Shown: piece after piece, positions 51,050-64,000 of the stretch
Position numbering within the stretch: the first letter of the stretch is position 1
Layout: each line of letters begins with the position of its first letter
Origin: Pseudovirgaria hyperparasitica
Taxonomy: Eukaryota
Direction: 5' to 3' (one strand)
DNA: 64,000 nt
Assembly (NCBI GenBank): GCA_010093815.1
Contig: ML996566.1
Notes under the pieces: model-generated
Told to the model about the DNA's origin: nothing
Seen by the model: only the letters and a program-made list of their open reading frames with translations
Database searches by the model: none
Translations under genes and position numbers: made by a program

Positions 51050-52195
51050 TCAAGCTGCGAGCCCTAACAGCCAAGGCCATTGGGGCATAGGCGACGCAAT
51101 GACAGTAAGCATCTCTGTCAGGTATGGCTGTGTCAGTTTAACCCAGTGCTGTACCAGCCTAGTGAGACCCGGCTTGCCAAGGAAACCATCCCTACAGTAG
51201 TAACTTAGGTCTTTGCGAAATGTCAACTGAGTTGTGCTTATCGGTCGCGTCTTGCCGTGCATGAAGTTCCTTCTTTCGCGCCCGAAATCTTGCATCTCGT
51301 AGTCGCACAAGGGTGAAGTTAACATGTGGAATGCTATCATACTTGCGAGCATTTCCATATGCTTATGTGTTTCGCCGACAGGTATACTATCTGGAAAGAT
51401 GAGGCCATGGAATACGAGCTTATCGACAGTTTCGAGCCAGTGCAGTCTCTGTACAATGTCCAAACCGTACGGAGTAGAGTAATATTCGCCGATCAGTCTA
51501 TATTCGCTGCAAGCCGGTACTCTGAGGTGAAATATGTTTTTCTTGAACGAGCTGTGTATGAGTGGCTTGATCTCATCTTGTAGCTCGTGATTCATCAAGT
51601 AAATCAGACCAGTCTTGTCTGATGCGACCTTGACAGCGGCACGCTTGACGTCGATTGGTAGGTCCCTAGCTTCGCAGTCGACAGGAGCGAACACTTCCGC
51701 GTAAATGTAATTACGTAGTTCTCCCGGAAGATCCATGAGTCGGAATTTACAAGGAACCTCGACGATGACACGTTGCAGTCCCGGTGTACGCATAAGAGGC
51801 GAGAGAGGGTTTTCGTCACCCACCAAGGAGAGAGTTTTGTTACTGTCATACTCTGCGGTATGGAACGCTACTTGTCCTGAGGTGTTTTGACGCGTTACGA
51901 CCGGGGGACTGGATTCTTTTATTCTCTGTGGATACGGTTCCTCGTCATCAGAACTCTCGTCATCTAACCTATCGTCAGTCTCGTATCCCGCTGAGAAGCT
52001 AAATATCCAAAGTCTATCCTTTGTCCTGTCAAACTTGTGACGCCGGCCTGCTTCATCCAGGTTTTTTTGATTTCCGACCGAGCGAGCAGTATCACGGCTG
52101 GTGTCATTTGTGTGGAGTTCCGACTGTATATCCGCATTGTCCTGTGACGTGTCTGGTGATCGATCGGACGCCGAGGTTCCGTAGGAGGCTTCCAT
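51050..52195 (-). CDS. Hypothetical protein with an F-box-like motif
   Basis: 381-aa uninterrupted ORF containing FRLMDLPGELRNYIY. Confidence 0.65.
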   Translation of the reverse strand: MEASYGTSASDRSPDTSQDNADIQSELHTNDTSRDTARSVGNQKNLDEAGRRHKFDRTKDRLWIFSFSAGYETDDRLDDESSDDEEPYPQRIKESSPPVVTRQNTSGQVAFHTAEYDSNKTLSLVGDENPLSPLMRTPGLQRVIVEVPCKFRLMDLPGELRNYIYAEVFAPVDCEARDLPIDVKRAAVKVASDKTGLIYLMNHELQDEIKPLIHSSFKKNIFHLRVPACSEYRLIGEYYSTPYGLDIVQRLHWLETVDKLVFHGLIFPDSIPVGETHKHMEMLASMIAFHMLTSPLCDYEMQDFGRERRNFMHGKTRPISTTQLTFRKDLSYYCRDGFLGKPGLTRLVQHWVKLTQPYLTEMLTVIASPMPQWPWLLGLAA

Positions 52196-52498
52196 AGGGA
52201 CAACTTCTGCAGACGAAATGTCAGTGTTGACTCAACCTCGCCTGAGAGGAAGGTTGAAGTATCTGTATCAGTAATGGTGCAATCTGACAAGCGTCTAGGC
52301 ACTTTGTCCTGCGCTATTTTACTTCGAGGAATATAGAGGACAACGTTCGAAATGAGGCTGGCCGGGCAATATACAGGGCAACTGGGCAGGAATGTTGGCA
52401 TGGTGAGTCAGTGAAGCAGGTTTCGCTTCCTATCGATCGCGCCTGTCCAAGGGTGGCGAACAGTGTGTGCATTGTGATGGGCGTGATTCACCACACAT

Positions 52499-53099
52499 TC
52501 AATTCATTTTCGTGCGACCTCTTCCCCTTCTTGCACCAGCTACGCTCGCACCTCGGCCAGAGGTTCCCTTGCCTCTGCTCTTAGCACCAGTGCTTGCTTG
52601 TCCTGGTCGGCCTTCTTTCACCCTCAGGTCTTCAACGAATCTATGCAGAAGAGACTCAAGCCCTTCGTTACGGCGGGCGAGCAAGAGGACGTCCGTTGTG
52701 TTGACCGTACTACGCCCAGCGTGTCTAGAACACACAAAAGTCAGTCCTTGCGTGCTGCACAGTGAAAGACTTGGGCTTACTTTGCGAAGGTCTCGAGATC
52801 TTTCGACGCGTTTGCTGAGGCATGTTGTTAGTATCACAGCAGTCTTTTGAGGCTGTCGTGGAAAACTGCTGCCTAAGCGAATATAGCGTACCTATCTGCG
52901 CCCAGACGAGCTCTGTCAAGGCGCCGATGAACTGTGGTGTGGCATTGAAGTTCTGTCGGAGGCATTCTTCGTCCACGAATTGACCAATGTGATACCAGAG
53001 GGCTGCTTTCAAGCGCTACGTATGCGTATGTAAGCTTAATGAAAAAATTCAGGTAGATATGCGTCTTACCTCTTCGGTAGCAGGATCAAGATCCGCCAT
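52499..53099 (-). CDS. MHF1: CENP-S / MHF1 histone-fold protein, 4 exons
   Basis: MADLDPATEE|RLKAALWYHIGQFVDEE..NATPQFIGALTELVWAQI|..DLETFA|HAGRSTVNTTDVLLLARRNEGL, followed by a basic tail. Confidence 0.9.
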
Positions 53100-54069
53100 T
53101 TCTGCGACTAGGGGGAGTGTCAATCAGAGTCCAGAGGTGATGTCGCAATGCCGCATGTGAGCGATGCCTGCGTGAATGCGGGGAGCACGCAGGAGGAAGA
53201 CGCGCTATTTTGCAGGTACGCGTTGATAGCATCACGAGATCACGTGCATATGTCCAACGTCACCTCCTCTCCTTCTCCAGCTCTGCACATCCCATATACA
53301 TTAGGTACTAATATTGTTAGTAACAAACATTCTCTAGTGCAAATATTCAGATTCTACTGTATCGTTCAGTAATAATTTCTTCATGAGGGTTGAAATTCGA
53401 GCGGACAGGCCTCAGCCAATAGGCGCACAGCTAATTCCGTCCACGTAAGTATCACGGTGCTCAAACTTGTTCCCGGAATCCTGATAAAATGAGCGTCGAT
53501 ACGCACGCACATGGCGTTTCAGAACGATTTCACCTGATACGATGAGTCAGAACAAAGGTTCCGCTCTCAGAGTCTTTGATCAGTAGTATCGGATGCATTT
53601 CAAGTCTATGAAGTGAATGATAAACACTGAAAAATGAACGACGAGAAGAATCATTCCTTTCAGTCCATTCTCTCGTTATCTTCCCCAGCATTAGTCCGCC
53701 TATCGAAAGGGCCTTCCGGCACCATTGACAAAACAGCCCAAGCTCGTCGAGCCGAGCCAATCATGCATTCAGGATTAACCATTCCACCCCCAGACTTCTC
53801 CAAAGTTGCCTCTGATCTCCGTGGTGAGCACCGCGATGATCACAGCACCATGTTGTCTGGCATTGAGATGGCCTATGAGAGTGCTGGTATTGACAAGCTA
53901 GAGGTCTGAAGTTGGTCTATCCCTGGCAAGTGTGTCGGTCAATATGTTGTCGACACCTTGATGGATGGTGTGGTCTGTATCAGTCAGCGCACAAAATACT
54001 CTATTTGCAAAATTTGTTCCATCGCTGGAGTGAGCATCCCGTTTGTGAGTAGGTACAACAAGATCCAAA

Positions 54070-55916
54070 ATGGTAAAAGCGAAGACGAGAGCGAGCACAA
54101 AGAAGGCAGCGGCGGCACAGGTTGTCAAAGTGCCCCCTAAAGCCCTCCCGGTCACTCTCCTATCAGGCTTCCTGGTGATTATACACTGTCCAGAAGCAGG
54201 ATATCGTCGTACTGATCAGGACTTTTAGGGAAGTGGAAAAACCACCCTTCTTCAGCATATCCTGCGTAGCGAGCATGGTCTCCGCATCGCCGTCATCGTG
54301 AACGATATTGGAGCCATCAACGTCGACGCATCTCTTATCAAACAGACTCACCATCTCACCCGTACAGAAGAGAAGGTCGTAGCGCTCCAGAATGGCTGCA
54401 TCTGCTGCACGCTTCGTGGCGATCTCCTCGAGGAACTCGTCCGTCTCGCCGAGCTGCAGTCTTTCGACTACATCATCATCGAGAGCAGCGGCATCAGCGA
54501 ACCTGAGCAAGTCGCCGAGACATTCGACGCTCGCCTCGCTGAAACGATGAACGAGATGGGCGAAGGACCAGAAGGTCTCGACGAGGCCATGATGAAAGTC
54601 CTTGAGCAACTGTAAGTCCTCCTGACCAAGAATATCAGACAAAAACATCAAAGCTCACTCGTCCCAGCAAACAAGCCGGCGGCCTCGAGAAATTCGCCCG
54701 CCTCGACACCACCGTCACCGTCATCGACGCCTTCACAATCTACCACGATTTTGAGACCACAGACCTCCTCTCCAGCCGCCGCGACGACGTGGTGCCCGAA
54801 GACGAGCGCACCGTCTCCGACCTGCTCGTCGACCAGATCGAATTCGCCGACGTCATCATCCTCAACAAGACCGATCTCGTGTCCCCGTCCACGCTGGAAT
54901 CCATGCTCACGCTGATCAGAAAGCTCAACCACCGCGCCAAGATCATCACCTCCAAGTACAGCAAAATCGACGTCAAGGAGATTGTCAACACCGGCATGTT
55001 CAACCTCGAGCGCGCCCAGACCGGCTATGGCTGGCTGCAGGACCTGCACGAGATGACGCTGCGCGAAGTCAACGGCCGCAAGGCCATAGCACCCAAGCCC
55101 GAGACGGAAGAGTACAACGTGCGCAACTTTGTCTACACACGCCGCCGGCCCTTCCACCCTCTGCGGCTGTTCCAACTGCTGCACGACAAGTTCATCCTGC
55201 AGCTCGAGCACGGTGACGACGAAGAGGACGACGACGAGGCCATGGACGAAGACGAAGAGGAAGAAGAAGACGAAGACGACGAAATGGCCGACGCCGACGC
55301 TCACTCCTCGGACGCGTCGCCCGACGGCTCAGCTACATCTGGCGACCCGGTCGAGTACCCCGAGGTGCCCGAAAACGACGTCGTGCTTGCGAACAAGAAG
55401 GCCCATCCGTTGTTTGCGCGCCTGTTCCGCTCCAAGGGCGAGTTTCACCTTGCCACGCGGCACCACCGCGCCGGTGAGTGGTCGCAGGCAGGTGCCATGC
55501 TCACCCTGTCTGGAGGCCGGCCATGGTTCTGCACGATCCCGTCCAGCGAGTACGTTACTGGCAACGCGGAGATTGACGCGTTGGTCGAGCACGATATTGC
55601 TGCCGGTGGAGAATGGGGCGACCGAAGACAGGAGATCGTGTTCATCGGAGAGGCGCTGAATATCAAGGGTATTGAGGCAGTGCTAGACGAATGTCTGTTG
55701 ACGGACAAGGAGATGTCGGTCTGGGAATCGATCATGAGGGACAAGGGACTGACTGTAGAAGGGAAGATGGATGCGTTGGCAGATGCTTTCGATGACGGAT
55801 TTCCAGAGTGGCCGGAGGAGGAAGAGGAGGGCCATGAAGGACATGGACATGGGCCTGGAGAGCATGGCCTGAAGAGGCCGACTCATCGTATTACAAAGGA
55901 TGGCGTTGTGAGGTGA
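54070..55916 (+). CDS. CobW/COG0523 (ZNG1-type) metal-chaperone GTPase; two introns
   Basis: [35 protein letters not shown] (CxCC); [42 protein letters not shown]; acidic insert and His-rich tail. Confidence 0.95.
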
Positions 55917-58900
55917 GATGAATGGCACGTAGAATATTCGTTAGCGCCGCCGCATGGCGAAAAAGTTCAATGAGTAATATCGTTTCATGTCACATATCAG
56001 GCTCATGTGAACCCAGAGTCTACTATGCACAAGTCTAGCAGGCCGAGCAGGTGTTGATCTTGTGCGGAAGATGTGTGTATACTGGAGCTCTATGAAGACT
56101 AGATGCGCTTGGCATTCAGTCAGTCCCGATGCAACGGCCACTAGAGCTTGACGTCGATGGTAGCGATAGCAAGTACGTGCGAAGTTCTCAATGAAGTAAG
56201 ACGATATTGCGTTCCTCGGGTACATTTCTTATGACAGGCTAGCTGGACTATGGACTCTGCCAAGCAGCCCACGATGAATCCTGGCGAGGAGTGTGTCCTG
56301 GCGTTGGCTTGGGACTGTACAGGAGCGCAGGAGAATATTCCGACCATCACTCGGTACGAGTAGTAAGCGATTGGAGCCAACAACCTACGGACGGGTCCTC
56401 ACCAAGCACCTTGGCAGCATGGGTTGAGTGCCATCAGTCATTATGATGGTGACGACGAGTACATGGCGGAGACGCTAGACAAGACGTTGAAACTCAACGC
56501 TAGAATTTGGAAAGGATGACAAGGCCGATCGTAGCCCCGACCAAGTCTACTACCGGGCTGCAGCTGGACCGAACATGGTCGCGATACAGTGGTTGGTTCT
56601 TGGTACTTGGTCAAGTGATTGTTATCAGTCCGAGGATATAACGGTGGTGGATTATTAGTATGAGCCAGTATTGACCAAGACTCCAAGATCACAGTCAGGC
56701 CGTTTCAATCGATATGGGAGTTAGTGCAGGCTGGGCAGCCGTTACTGTAACTGCGGTGTGATGAGAGGCCTGGTAAGCGGTAAAGGTGGACTTGGAACGG
56801 ACCACGAGTACGATGTTGCACAGTTCCAAGTTGCTATTGAGTACGTACTGGCACCCGCCTGCATCACTGAAGCTTTCCAGTCAACGTGTCTGCTGTGTTG
56901 TAGGAATTTAGAGTGCGCTGGTGGCACTTCTGACCGGAAACAGATGTTGGTGCGTAGGATGCAACATTGCTGAAATGCAAAGCGATTGGCGTGACGTTGA
57001 CTTCCTGATGATGAAGATGATGAAGATGAGAATGTATCAGCATCTTAGATTGTGATGCAAGCAAGACGATTGGTGTTGATGGTGGAGAAGACATGAGGTT
57101 GAGCGGAAAGCAACGGAAGGCTTGGCAGACTGGCTGGAGCTGGCGGCGAATCGCAAGGTCCTCGAATATTCTTACTCACGTGGAACAGAGGACAGCACAC
57201 ACATAGTCATGGCAATACGGCGTTGCTGGGCAATTACAAGGTCCAAGACCACGGAGGAGTTAGGCGGGATAGCAACGATACGTCGGATACGATAAGCGCC
57301 CGAGTGTGCAGAATGTGCCAAGACAGGCATGGAGTTGCCTGACAACGCCCGGACGACGTTGTTGTGTGGTGGACATGGATGGCGATTCGATTGGCGAGGA
57401 GCGGAGGGGCCCAGCGGAAGATGTCTGTCCACATGTACCTAGCCTGCGATGTGGTAGATGCATAACCGTCGTGTCCAGCAAGCGCATAGATGGCATGGAA
57501 CAATGGAAGCAAGGCAGACAAATGAATAAGACAATCAACTTGGAAACAACAATCACTTCCAAGCCTTGGAACTGCCATGGATATATAGGTGGAATCCAGC
57601 AAGGCAAGGTCAAATGGAAATGCCGTGAATTAATTGCCAAGGACGAGTGTGCTGCTGCGCCCGAAAAGCCCACTGTTGAGGTCCAGGATTCGGGGGCGCA
57701 GGATTGGTGGATGACTGGGCGGAAGACGGTTACTGTTACTGGAGCGTACATAAGTACCGTGTAGTAGTTATTGCCCCAGGCACAAAGCAATCAAATCGAC
57801 ATCGATCTGACTCTCAACGTCTTCACGCGCGCCCAAAGACACAACCACGCAGGCGGCTCGATGGGGATTCGGGGGGGGGTTTTGCAGGCGCAGATGTAGG
57901 CGCAGGCGCAAGTGCAGGTGCAGCAGGGTGCCGGTGCAGTCCCAGGAGAGAGGGGAGGCAGCGGAATCTGGGCTGGGCTGGGCTGGGCGGAAGGGCACAT
58001 TTAGGGCTGCTTGTACCCAATCCTCCCCCCCAAGAACATTCCCCAAAGGCCACCAAAGCCCCCCAAAGCCCCCCAAAGCCAGCGCTCTTGTTTGCCTGCC
58101 TACCCCCCCGAAAAAGAAGAGAGACACCAGGACCAGGCGCGCCCTGTGCCCCCCCAAGTTGCACCACAAATCGGCGTTACAGCCAAGCCCGCAGCGTGGT
58201 CCATGGTCTTCTTGGCGCTGCCACCTCTTCCATCCTGCCCGCCCGTCTCCATCTCCCCCCTCAAATTCCCGGCCGCCGTCTCTCCAATACTCAACCGGCT
58301 CTATTGACTGGGACAGACTATTATTATTACCCTCTCATCAATACGCAGGGTCGAATGGCATTCTCTCCCCGGCCCACTGTAAAATAGTCATTATCGCATT
58401 CTGGAACCGTCTCGTAGGGCGCGATGCGCGATTGTCGACACCAGCACCCACGGCTGCCCATATAGCTAGCTATACAGTATACTGTACCTAATTACACCAC
58501 GCCATCCTCAGCCTCCTTAAAAATGGCCAAGAGCTTGGGACGCCTCAGAGTAATTACACAGACTACTTCACCGCCTTATCCGTCTTCGTCAGCGCATGGC
58601 CGTGGGCAATGGGCAGTCGTTTGCGTTCTGTTCCAAGGCGGAGGCGTCCTGAGCTCCTGGTTGCAGGCGCAGAGATGCCGTGCCTCGCCCAGTACAAGGG
58701 CGGTCTAATTGGCCCGCCAAGTCACTTGGCATCTTCTTCCTTCAAACTTGTCCCCGTCGCCAAGCTCCTCCCAAGCAACAGCTGCTTTGATCATGTCCTC
58801 CCCAGCTTCTTGTCCTTTCTTGACCTCGTCTGCCGCGTGAGAAATGCTTCTTTCCGCTCCTCCTATATACATACCATGGCCATTCGTCCGCCAGCCTGCC

Positions 58901-59012
58901 TCGTGAGAAGCCAGAGCCTTCCTCCCAAACAGACTTGATATCATTTCCCCCCCTTTGGAAAGGAAACCACCTCACACAACACCACGAGAGAGTCTCGATA
59001 ACCACTTTCACC

Positions 59013-60053
59013 ATGCCCGCCTATCCGAACTCCCCTCCAACCGCATACTTTCCACCCTACAGCACCTCGCCAAAGAAGCCGTCACAGCCCATGTCCCAGA
59101 TCTACCATCAACAAGCATACAGTCCTCTCCAACCCTCCTCGAACCGCTCCTCGTACCACCACCCGTCCCCCCAGAGTCCGCATACACTCCCAAGCCTCAC
59201 CTCGTCCTCATTCAGTCATCATGACAGCGTCGTATCCTATCCAAAGTCACTCATGGACTCGTACGCCCCAAGTACCCGCTCAATCGTCTCCTACTCGCTG
59301 AAGCACGATACTCGCAAGGGCTCTCTGGCAACCGCAAACGCCTCCGAGCTCGAGAAAGCCTCCAGCGTCGACGAGCCTACCTATCCACCATCTGCTCTAT
59401 CTCGCGATCCGGAGAAGAAGCGTGTACACTCACCCTCATCTCCTCGCCACTCCACTGTCCGCGCCTCATATCAACATCATGCCAGCGATCGGGGACTCGC
59501 AGGCACAGAAGACGATGCTGATCTGCCCGTGGATCTTCAGGCTAAGGCCTTTTCCATCCTCGTACGTTCACACATGCCTCCTTGTACAGACATACAAACA
59601 AACAACTAACGAAACTAGCTCTACCTCTCCACCCTCAACCCGCTCCTCTCCATCCTCATCACCATCTGGACCATCCTCGCCCTCCTCCTCAGCCCCGTCC
59701 TCATCCCGCTACGCATCGCCTCCTTCGAAACCCTCACCTACCCGCCTCTCCGCCTGCAGCTCCAACTCATCTACTCCTCGCATACCACCACCACCAACAA
59801 CAAAAACGACATCCACACCCGCCCTGCAATGCTCATCCTCATTAACCTCCTCTCCCCCCTCCTCGCATTCGCCCTCGCAGCCGCATCCTGGACAACAACC
59901 CTCTTCTGGTTCTTCAGCGCCGTCCTGGGTGATCCAGCCGGTAAGGACGGGCATAACGACGGCAAGGCCGCTGTGCTCTGGCTGCGTGCCAAGTGGGAGC
60001 GGTGGCTGAGGCGGGGCTTGGTCGAGCGGCGGAGTCCGTATCAGCATGTTTGA
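59013..60053 (+). CDS. Conserved fungal membrane protein of unknown function; intron ~59562-59618
   Basis: S/P-rich N-terminus, GTACGT..CTAAC..TAG intron, hydrophobic segments, FWFFSAVLGDPAGKDGHNDGKAAVL. Confidence 0.7.
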
Positions 60054-60577
60054 CATGGATTTTTGGTCTTCGGGTGGGGAGTCAAGAAGTATGCGTGAGC
60101 GAGCGAGCGATGCATTTGAATACTGGGTTTTTTTACATGGGCAATTTTGGATGTAGCATGGCGTCTGGTTGATATCACGGCTACGGCTGTGTGTGCATTT
60201 TTCTCGGTGTTTTTTTTTGGTATGGGGAATCTTTGCTGTAACGAAGTCTGTTATGGATGCATGTGTATATGTGTGTGTGAATAGACAAAGGGGGCAGGCA
60301 TCTGGAGTGGAAACATCATGGTCATTTCGTCACGCATGAATGGGATGGACATGTGACGCATGTTCTGTAATACTAAAGAAATAATGGGGGACCGGCAATG
60401 AGGTATATCATGCAAGGCTTGAAACGAATATGGAAATACGTATTATGACATCTACTACTACTCTGACGGTGTTCACGTGACTTTTATAGTGAAGGTCAGT
60501 AGTAGTTTCAACAACGACTCCATCTATTCATCCGCAATCTACTTTCACTTCATCTTACTTTACTTTCCTTACTTGAC

Positions 60578-61800
60578 TTACTTCTTCCGCGCAGCGCACA
60601 CTTCCGCTGCCCCGCTCGCCTTCCACGCGCCTACTATCAGCTCCACGATCCCGTCCACGCCCTTGCCGTTCTTGACCTGTGCGAAGATCGTAGGCCCGCC
60701 TTCCCTGTTTCCCCAGACATATCGTCGTCAGCACTTTTCTTCTTTTCTTTCTTTCTTCGTCACCTAACTAGCGAGAGAGCTCTCCCTCCACTTTTGAACG
60801 CATGTCATATGGATGACCAAGACAGGGCAAGGCAAGAAGATATAGGGGTAAAGGAGGGAGGGGACATAAAGTAGGACAAAAGGCAGGAAAACCACGCACC
60901 GCATCTTCCGCGCATCCCTCTCCATAACCCCCAAATCACTCCCCACGGCATCCGCAATATCCGTCTTATTCACAACCAACAAATCACTCTGCGTGATCCC
61001 TGGCCCCCCTTTGCGCGGAATCTTATCCCCACCACTAACATCAATAACATAGATGATGTAGTCCGCCAGCTCGCGACTGTAGTTTGCCGCCAGATTGTCG
61101 CCGCCGCTCTCGATGAGGAGGATGTCGGTGGCGTGTTGGCGGTGGAGGTCCTCGAGCGCGGCGAGGTTGGTGGAGATGTCCTCGCGCACGGCGGCGTGCG
61201 GGCAGCCGCCGGTTTCGATGGCGCGGATGCGCGCGGCGGGCAGGGCGGCGTGCGCGATGAGGAAGTCGCCGTCTTCGCGTGTGAAGATGTCGTTTGTCAC
61301 GGCGGCGATGGAGTGGGTGTCGCGCAGGGCGAGGCAGAGTTTGAGCTGTGTTGGGCGAGGGGGGGTTAGAGTGTCAATTTGCGCGTTGCTATGTTTGCGG
61401 GAGGTAGTCTTGGGTAGTTTATGCGTACCATGAGTGCTGTGGAATATATACAGTTAGCCTTGACTATATCTCCATCAAGAGTAGAAAAGGTAATTAGGAG
61501 ACCCAAAAAAGAAACTACACACCAGTCTTGCCCGAACCTACAGGTCTACAAGTTCTTTCAGTCAACAGCCGTGATTCTCTTCTGTACCCGGGCAATTTCC
61601 CAGGTCGCAGTCCTGCTTCAAACCACCTACCCGCCTATCCCAACCGTAAACGCTCTTTCCCGAAAGTTCCGTCCGTCAACAATGGGCATCTCGCGGCCTA
61701 GGTACGAGCCTGGTCCGTCCAGGATCTCGTGGCTGTGGCCGTGGTCGCCGCCACCCGCGTGGGAGTGGCCGGCGCCGTCGTGGGAGTGTGACTGGGCCAT
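60578..61800 (-). CDS. ureG: Urease accessory GTPase UreG, 5 exons including 23-nt and 8-nt micro-exons
   Basis: His-rich N-terminus; [69 protein letters not shown]. Confidence 0.95.
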
Positions 61801-62571
61801 GATGTTCTTCTGGATGATTGAGGGGGTTTCAGGTGGTATGAATCGTGCTGGATTCAATCAACGGTACTGTGTACAAGTGCTGGAACGAGGGCAGTTGGGT
61901 AATTAGGGAGAAGAAGAAGAGGTTGTTGTGGAGGGGTCGAGCGAGCTACCTCCATACATTCAACCTGCCCCTCCTCTCCACCACCAAGGGTCGGACCGAA
62001 TGATCGTCGTTACAGCGCAATGCCTTTAACCTGATTATGGGCTGGACTGATGATAATGCGATCTGTTAGCTGCGAGGTTACCTTGTAAACTATGGCCAAG
62101 CCCTTGAACGGTAGAACCTAGCTGCATCACGACCTAATTCATCTTCATCTGATGCAGGGTTAATCATCGTGTTAAAAGCATTACAACCTCTCCGGGAACG
62201 CGCCGAGTTGTTACGATTCATACGCTTCAGTAGTTCAAGATCGAGGATGCAGGCTGACTCTGAAGAGTATACGGTATTATTATCATTATCTAAGTAGGTA
62301 CACCCCGACTCCTCATCGTGAAGTCGTTCAACGTAGCGAATGTGCCTGAGGCCTCATAGCTCACAGAACGCGTGAACATCATCTCACGCGTCAATTTGGT
62401 ATCATATGCATAACGCTCATAAACAGCCCCCCAACCAAAGACATGGATGCGCCATTCCATCACAGTAACGAAGTCTGCGCCTTATCGACACATATACATC
62501 GATCCTTGCTCACACAATTTTTTCGGGCCCCGAGATTTCTTTTCATGTTTGAGGTGATGCGAGTTATCCGC

Positions 62572-63393
62572 TTAGTAGTTTGTCGCTGGGCCGGTGTGGT
62601 ATCCACCTGCACCGTTGACAGGCTTGCCAGCGCTATCATACGCAGCAGTGTTTCCGACGGTCGAGCCGGTGTATCCGGTCTCATGGCTTGGGCGCATGTC
62701 AGGCTGTCCGGCGGCGAGACCACCGGTAGCGAGCTCAGCGTCGCGAGCCTCGTGAGTGGTCTTTGGGCGCGAGCTGCGCTGCCAAAACTTGCGGTTGCCA
62801 GAGCCCGCAGTGTAGTTGTTAGCGGGCGAAGGGCCGAAACGCTTCTCGCGCTGGTGGTGACGACCGAGGAATAGCTGTACGACCGCAGAGATGGCAAAGA
62901 GGAAAGCGCCAATGATTGCAACAGCAAAGCAAACCTGATTGTAGCGACAAGCTCTGCCAAGCGAGACGGCGTAGGTCTGAGTATCGTTCGAGCCGATTCC
63001 GAAGTCACCGTCGAAGCCGGACGATGGCGAGTTGGACGGGCCGTTGCCGAATGGGGTTTCAACATTCCCGGTGCAGCTGGTCGCGTCGCGGGTCATGATG
63101 GCGATGGCGATGAAAGCTCCGCAGAAGAGGACATCGAGTACGATTGCGAGGAAGGCGAAGAAGGTCACGCCACCAAGACAGCAAGTGAACAGTACGGCGA
63201 GTATGGTATATAGCACAGCGGCGCCAGACATGCCCTCGATGGCCTTCTCTTGATTGGTGATAACCCAGTCGCGATCAGCCTTGACGGCGAGGAAGTAGGA
63301 GTAGAAACCGAGAATGATGGCCGCACAGCAGAAAGCCAGGGCGTAGAAGAGGGTTTGAATGATGCGCAGAGCTGCGCCTGCGAGTTTAGCCAT
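62572..63393 (-). CDS. MARVEL-domain four-helix membrane protein
   Basis: 273-aa ORF with four hydrophobic helices, LDVLFCGAFIAIAIMTR and FGPSPANNYT. Confidence 0.8.
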   Translation of the reverse strand: MAKLAGAALRIIQTLFYALAFCCAAIILGFYSYFLAVKADRDWVITNQEKAIEGMSGAAVLYTILAVLFTCCLGGVTFFAFLAIVLDVLFCGAFIAIAIMTRDATSCTGNVETPFGNGPSNSPSSGFDGDFGIGSNDTQTYAVSLGRACRYNQVCFAVAIIGAFLFAISAVVQLFLGRHHQREKRFGPSPANNYTAGSGNRKFWQRSSRPKTTHEARDAELATGGLAAGQPDMRPSHETGYTGSTVGNTAAYDSAGKPVNGAGGYHTGPATNY

Positions 63394-64000
63394 TGCGAAA
63401 GGATGTGTTCGACGCGTTTGACTGTGTTTGTGTGTGTATGTGTGGAACGATAGTGTGGTGATGGAAGTGGACGACGCGACGAGTACGACGACGGAGCGAC
63501 GCGGGTTTATTATAGAAAAATAGAGTGGCTTGGTGATGAAGAGATAGGGTGGAGCGACAGACTTTATGCAGACACAAGTGCAGAACAGGTGACTTCCAAG
63601 GTTGCGGACTATGACATCAAAATGGCTAATAGCTGTGCTTGTGCTTGCACAACAACCAGGAACAGGAACGTTCGATAGTGGTCCGTGCCCTGGACTGCTC
63701 CACCAAGGACATGGACGGCAACGTCATTAGTCTGTGGCTTTTCGACTTTTGAGCCTGAGAGTGCAGCGATCTGGGCACTGACTATTACTGACACCGATTA
63801 TGGTACTGTAGGTAGTCTTCCACCATCATCAACTATTCTGCACGCGATCGCCTCCATCCTCGTTCTTGTCGTCGTCGTCGTCGCCGTTGTCGCCGCAAGT
63901 CATGCATCTGCTGCTGTTTCTGCCCACATCCTTGCATTTTCCCTCTCGCCATGTCGTATAGCTTCGGCTGCTCGCGGTGCACTGAAACTTTTGATTCGAC

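Noticed and set aside
53763..53909. Short ORF upstream of the CobW gene
   Set aside because: About 48 codons with no family signal; cannot be distinguished from chance.
56000..58900. Many 60-230-aa ORFs on both strands, including 57306-57764 and 57704-58387
   Set aside because: Mostly non-ATG starts, low complexity and no recognisable domain; looks like a long regulatory or intergenic region.

Overview
Filamentous ascomycete (Pezizomycotina) genomic DNA, inferred from short GT..CTAAC/CTGAC..AG introns, RIP-mutated repeats and fungal core genes. 1-1.8 kb holds the 5' part of valyl-tRNA synthetase. 1.9-21 kb is an accessory, decaying compartment. It contains a Tc1-like transposase relic, a kinase pseudogene and a full-length RIP-inactivated Tad1-type LINE (4222-17573, ~18-bp TSD). 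A complete Ty3/Gypsy chromovirus (6033-14075, 238-bp LTRs, CTTAT TSD) is inserted into that LINE. A DUF6914-like gene, an APH-like kinase with an early stop and a P450 relic follow. 21-64 kb is gene-dense: amidase, TRI12-like MFS pump, RRP12, TMEM115-like, SIF2/TBL1-like, BVMO-type monooxygenase, kynurenine aminotransferase, a co-oriented UDP-glucose dehydrogenase / cellulose-synthase-like GT2 / GH12 trio, an F-box-like protein, CENP-S/MHF1, a CobW/COG0523 GTPase, a membrane protein, UreG and a MARVEL protein. Three highlights: (1) a reconstructable, intron-containing antisense gene (Cys cluster plus coiled coil) carried inside the Gypsy element; (2) the UGDH-GT2-GH12 candidate polysaccharide-synthesis cluster; (3) an identical perfect hairpin near both ends of the LINE. 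All family assignments come from motif recognition by eye; no database search was run.
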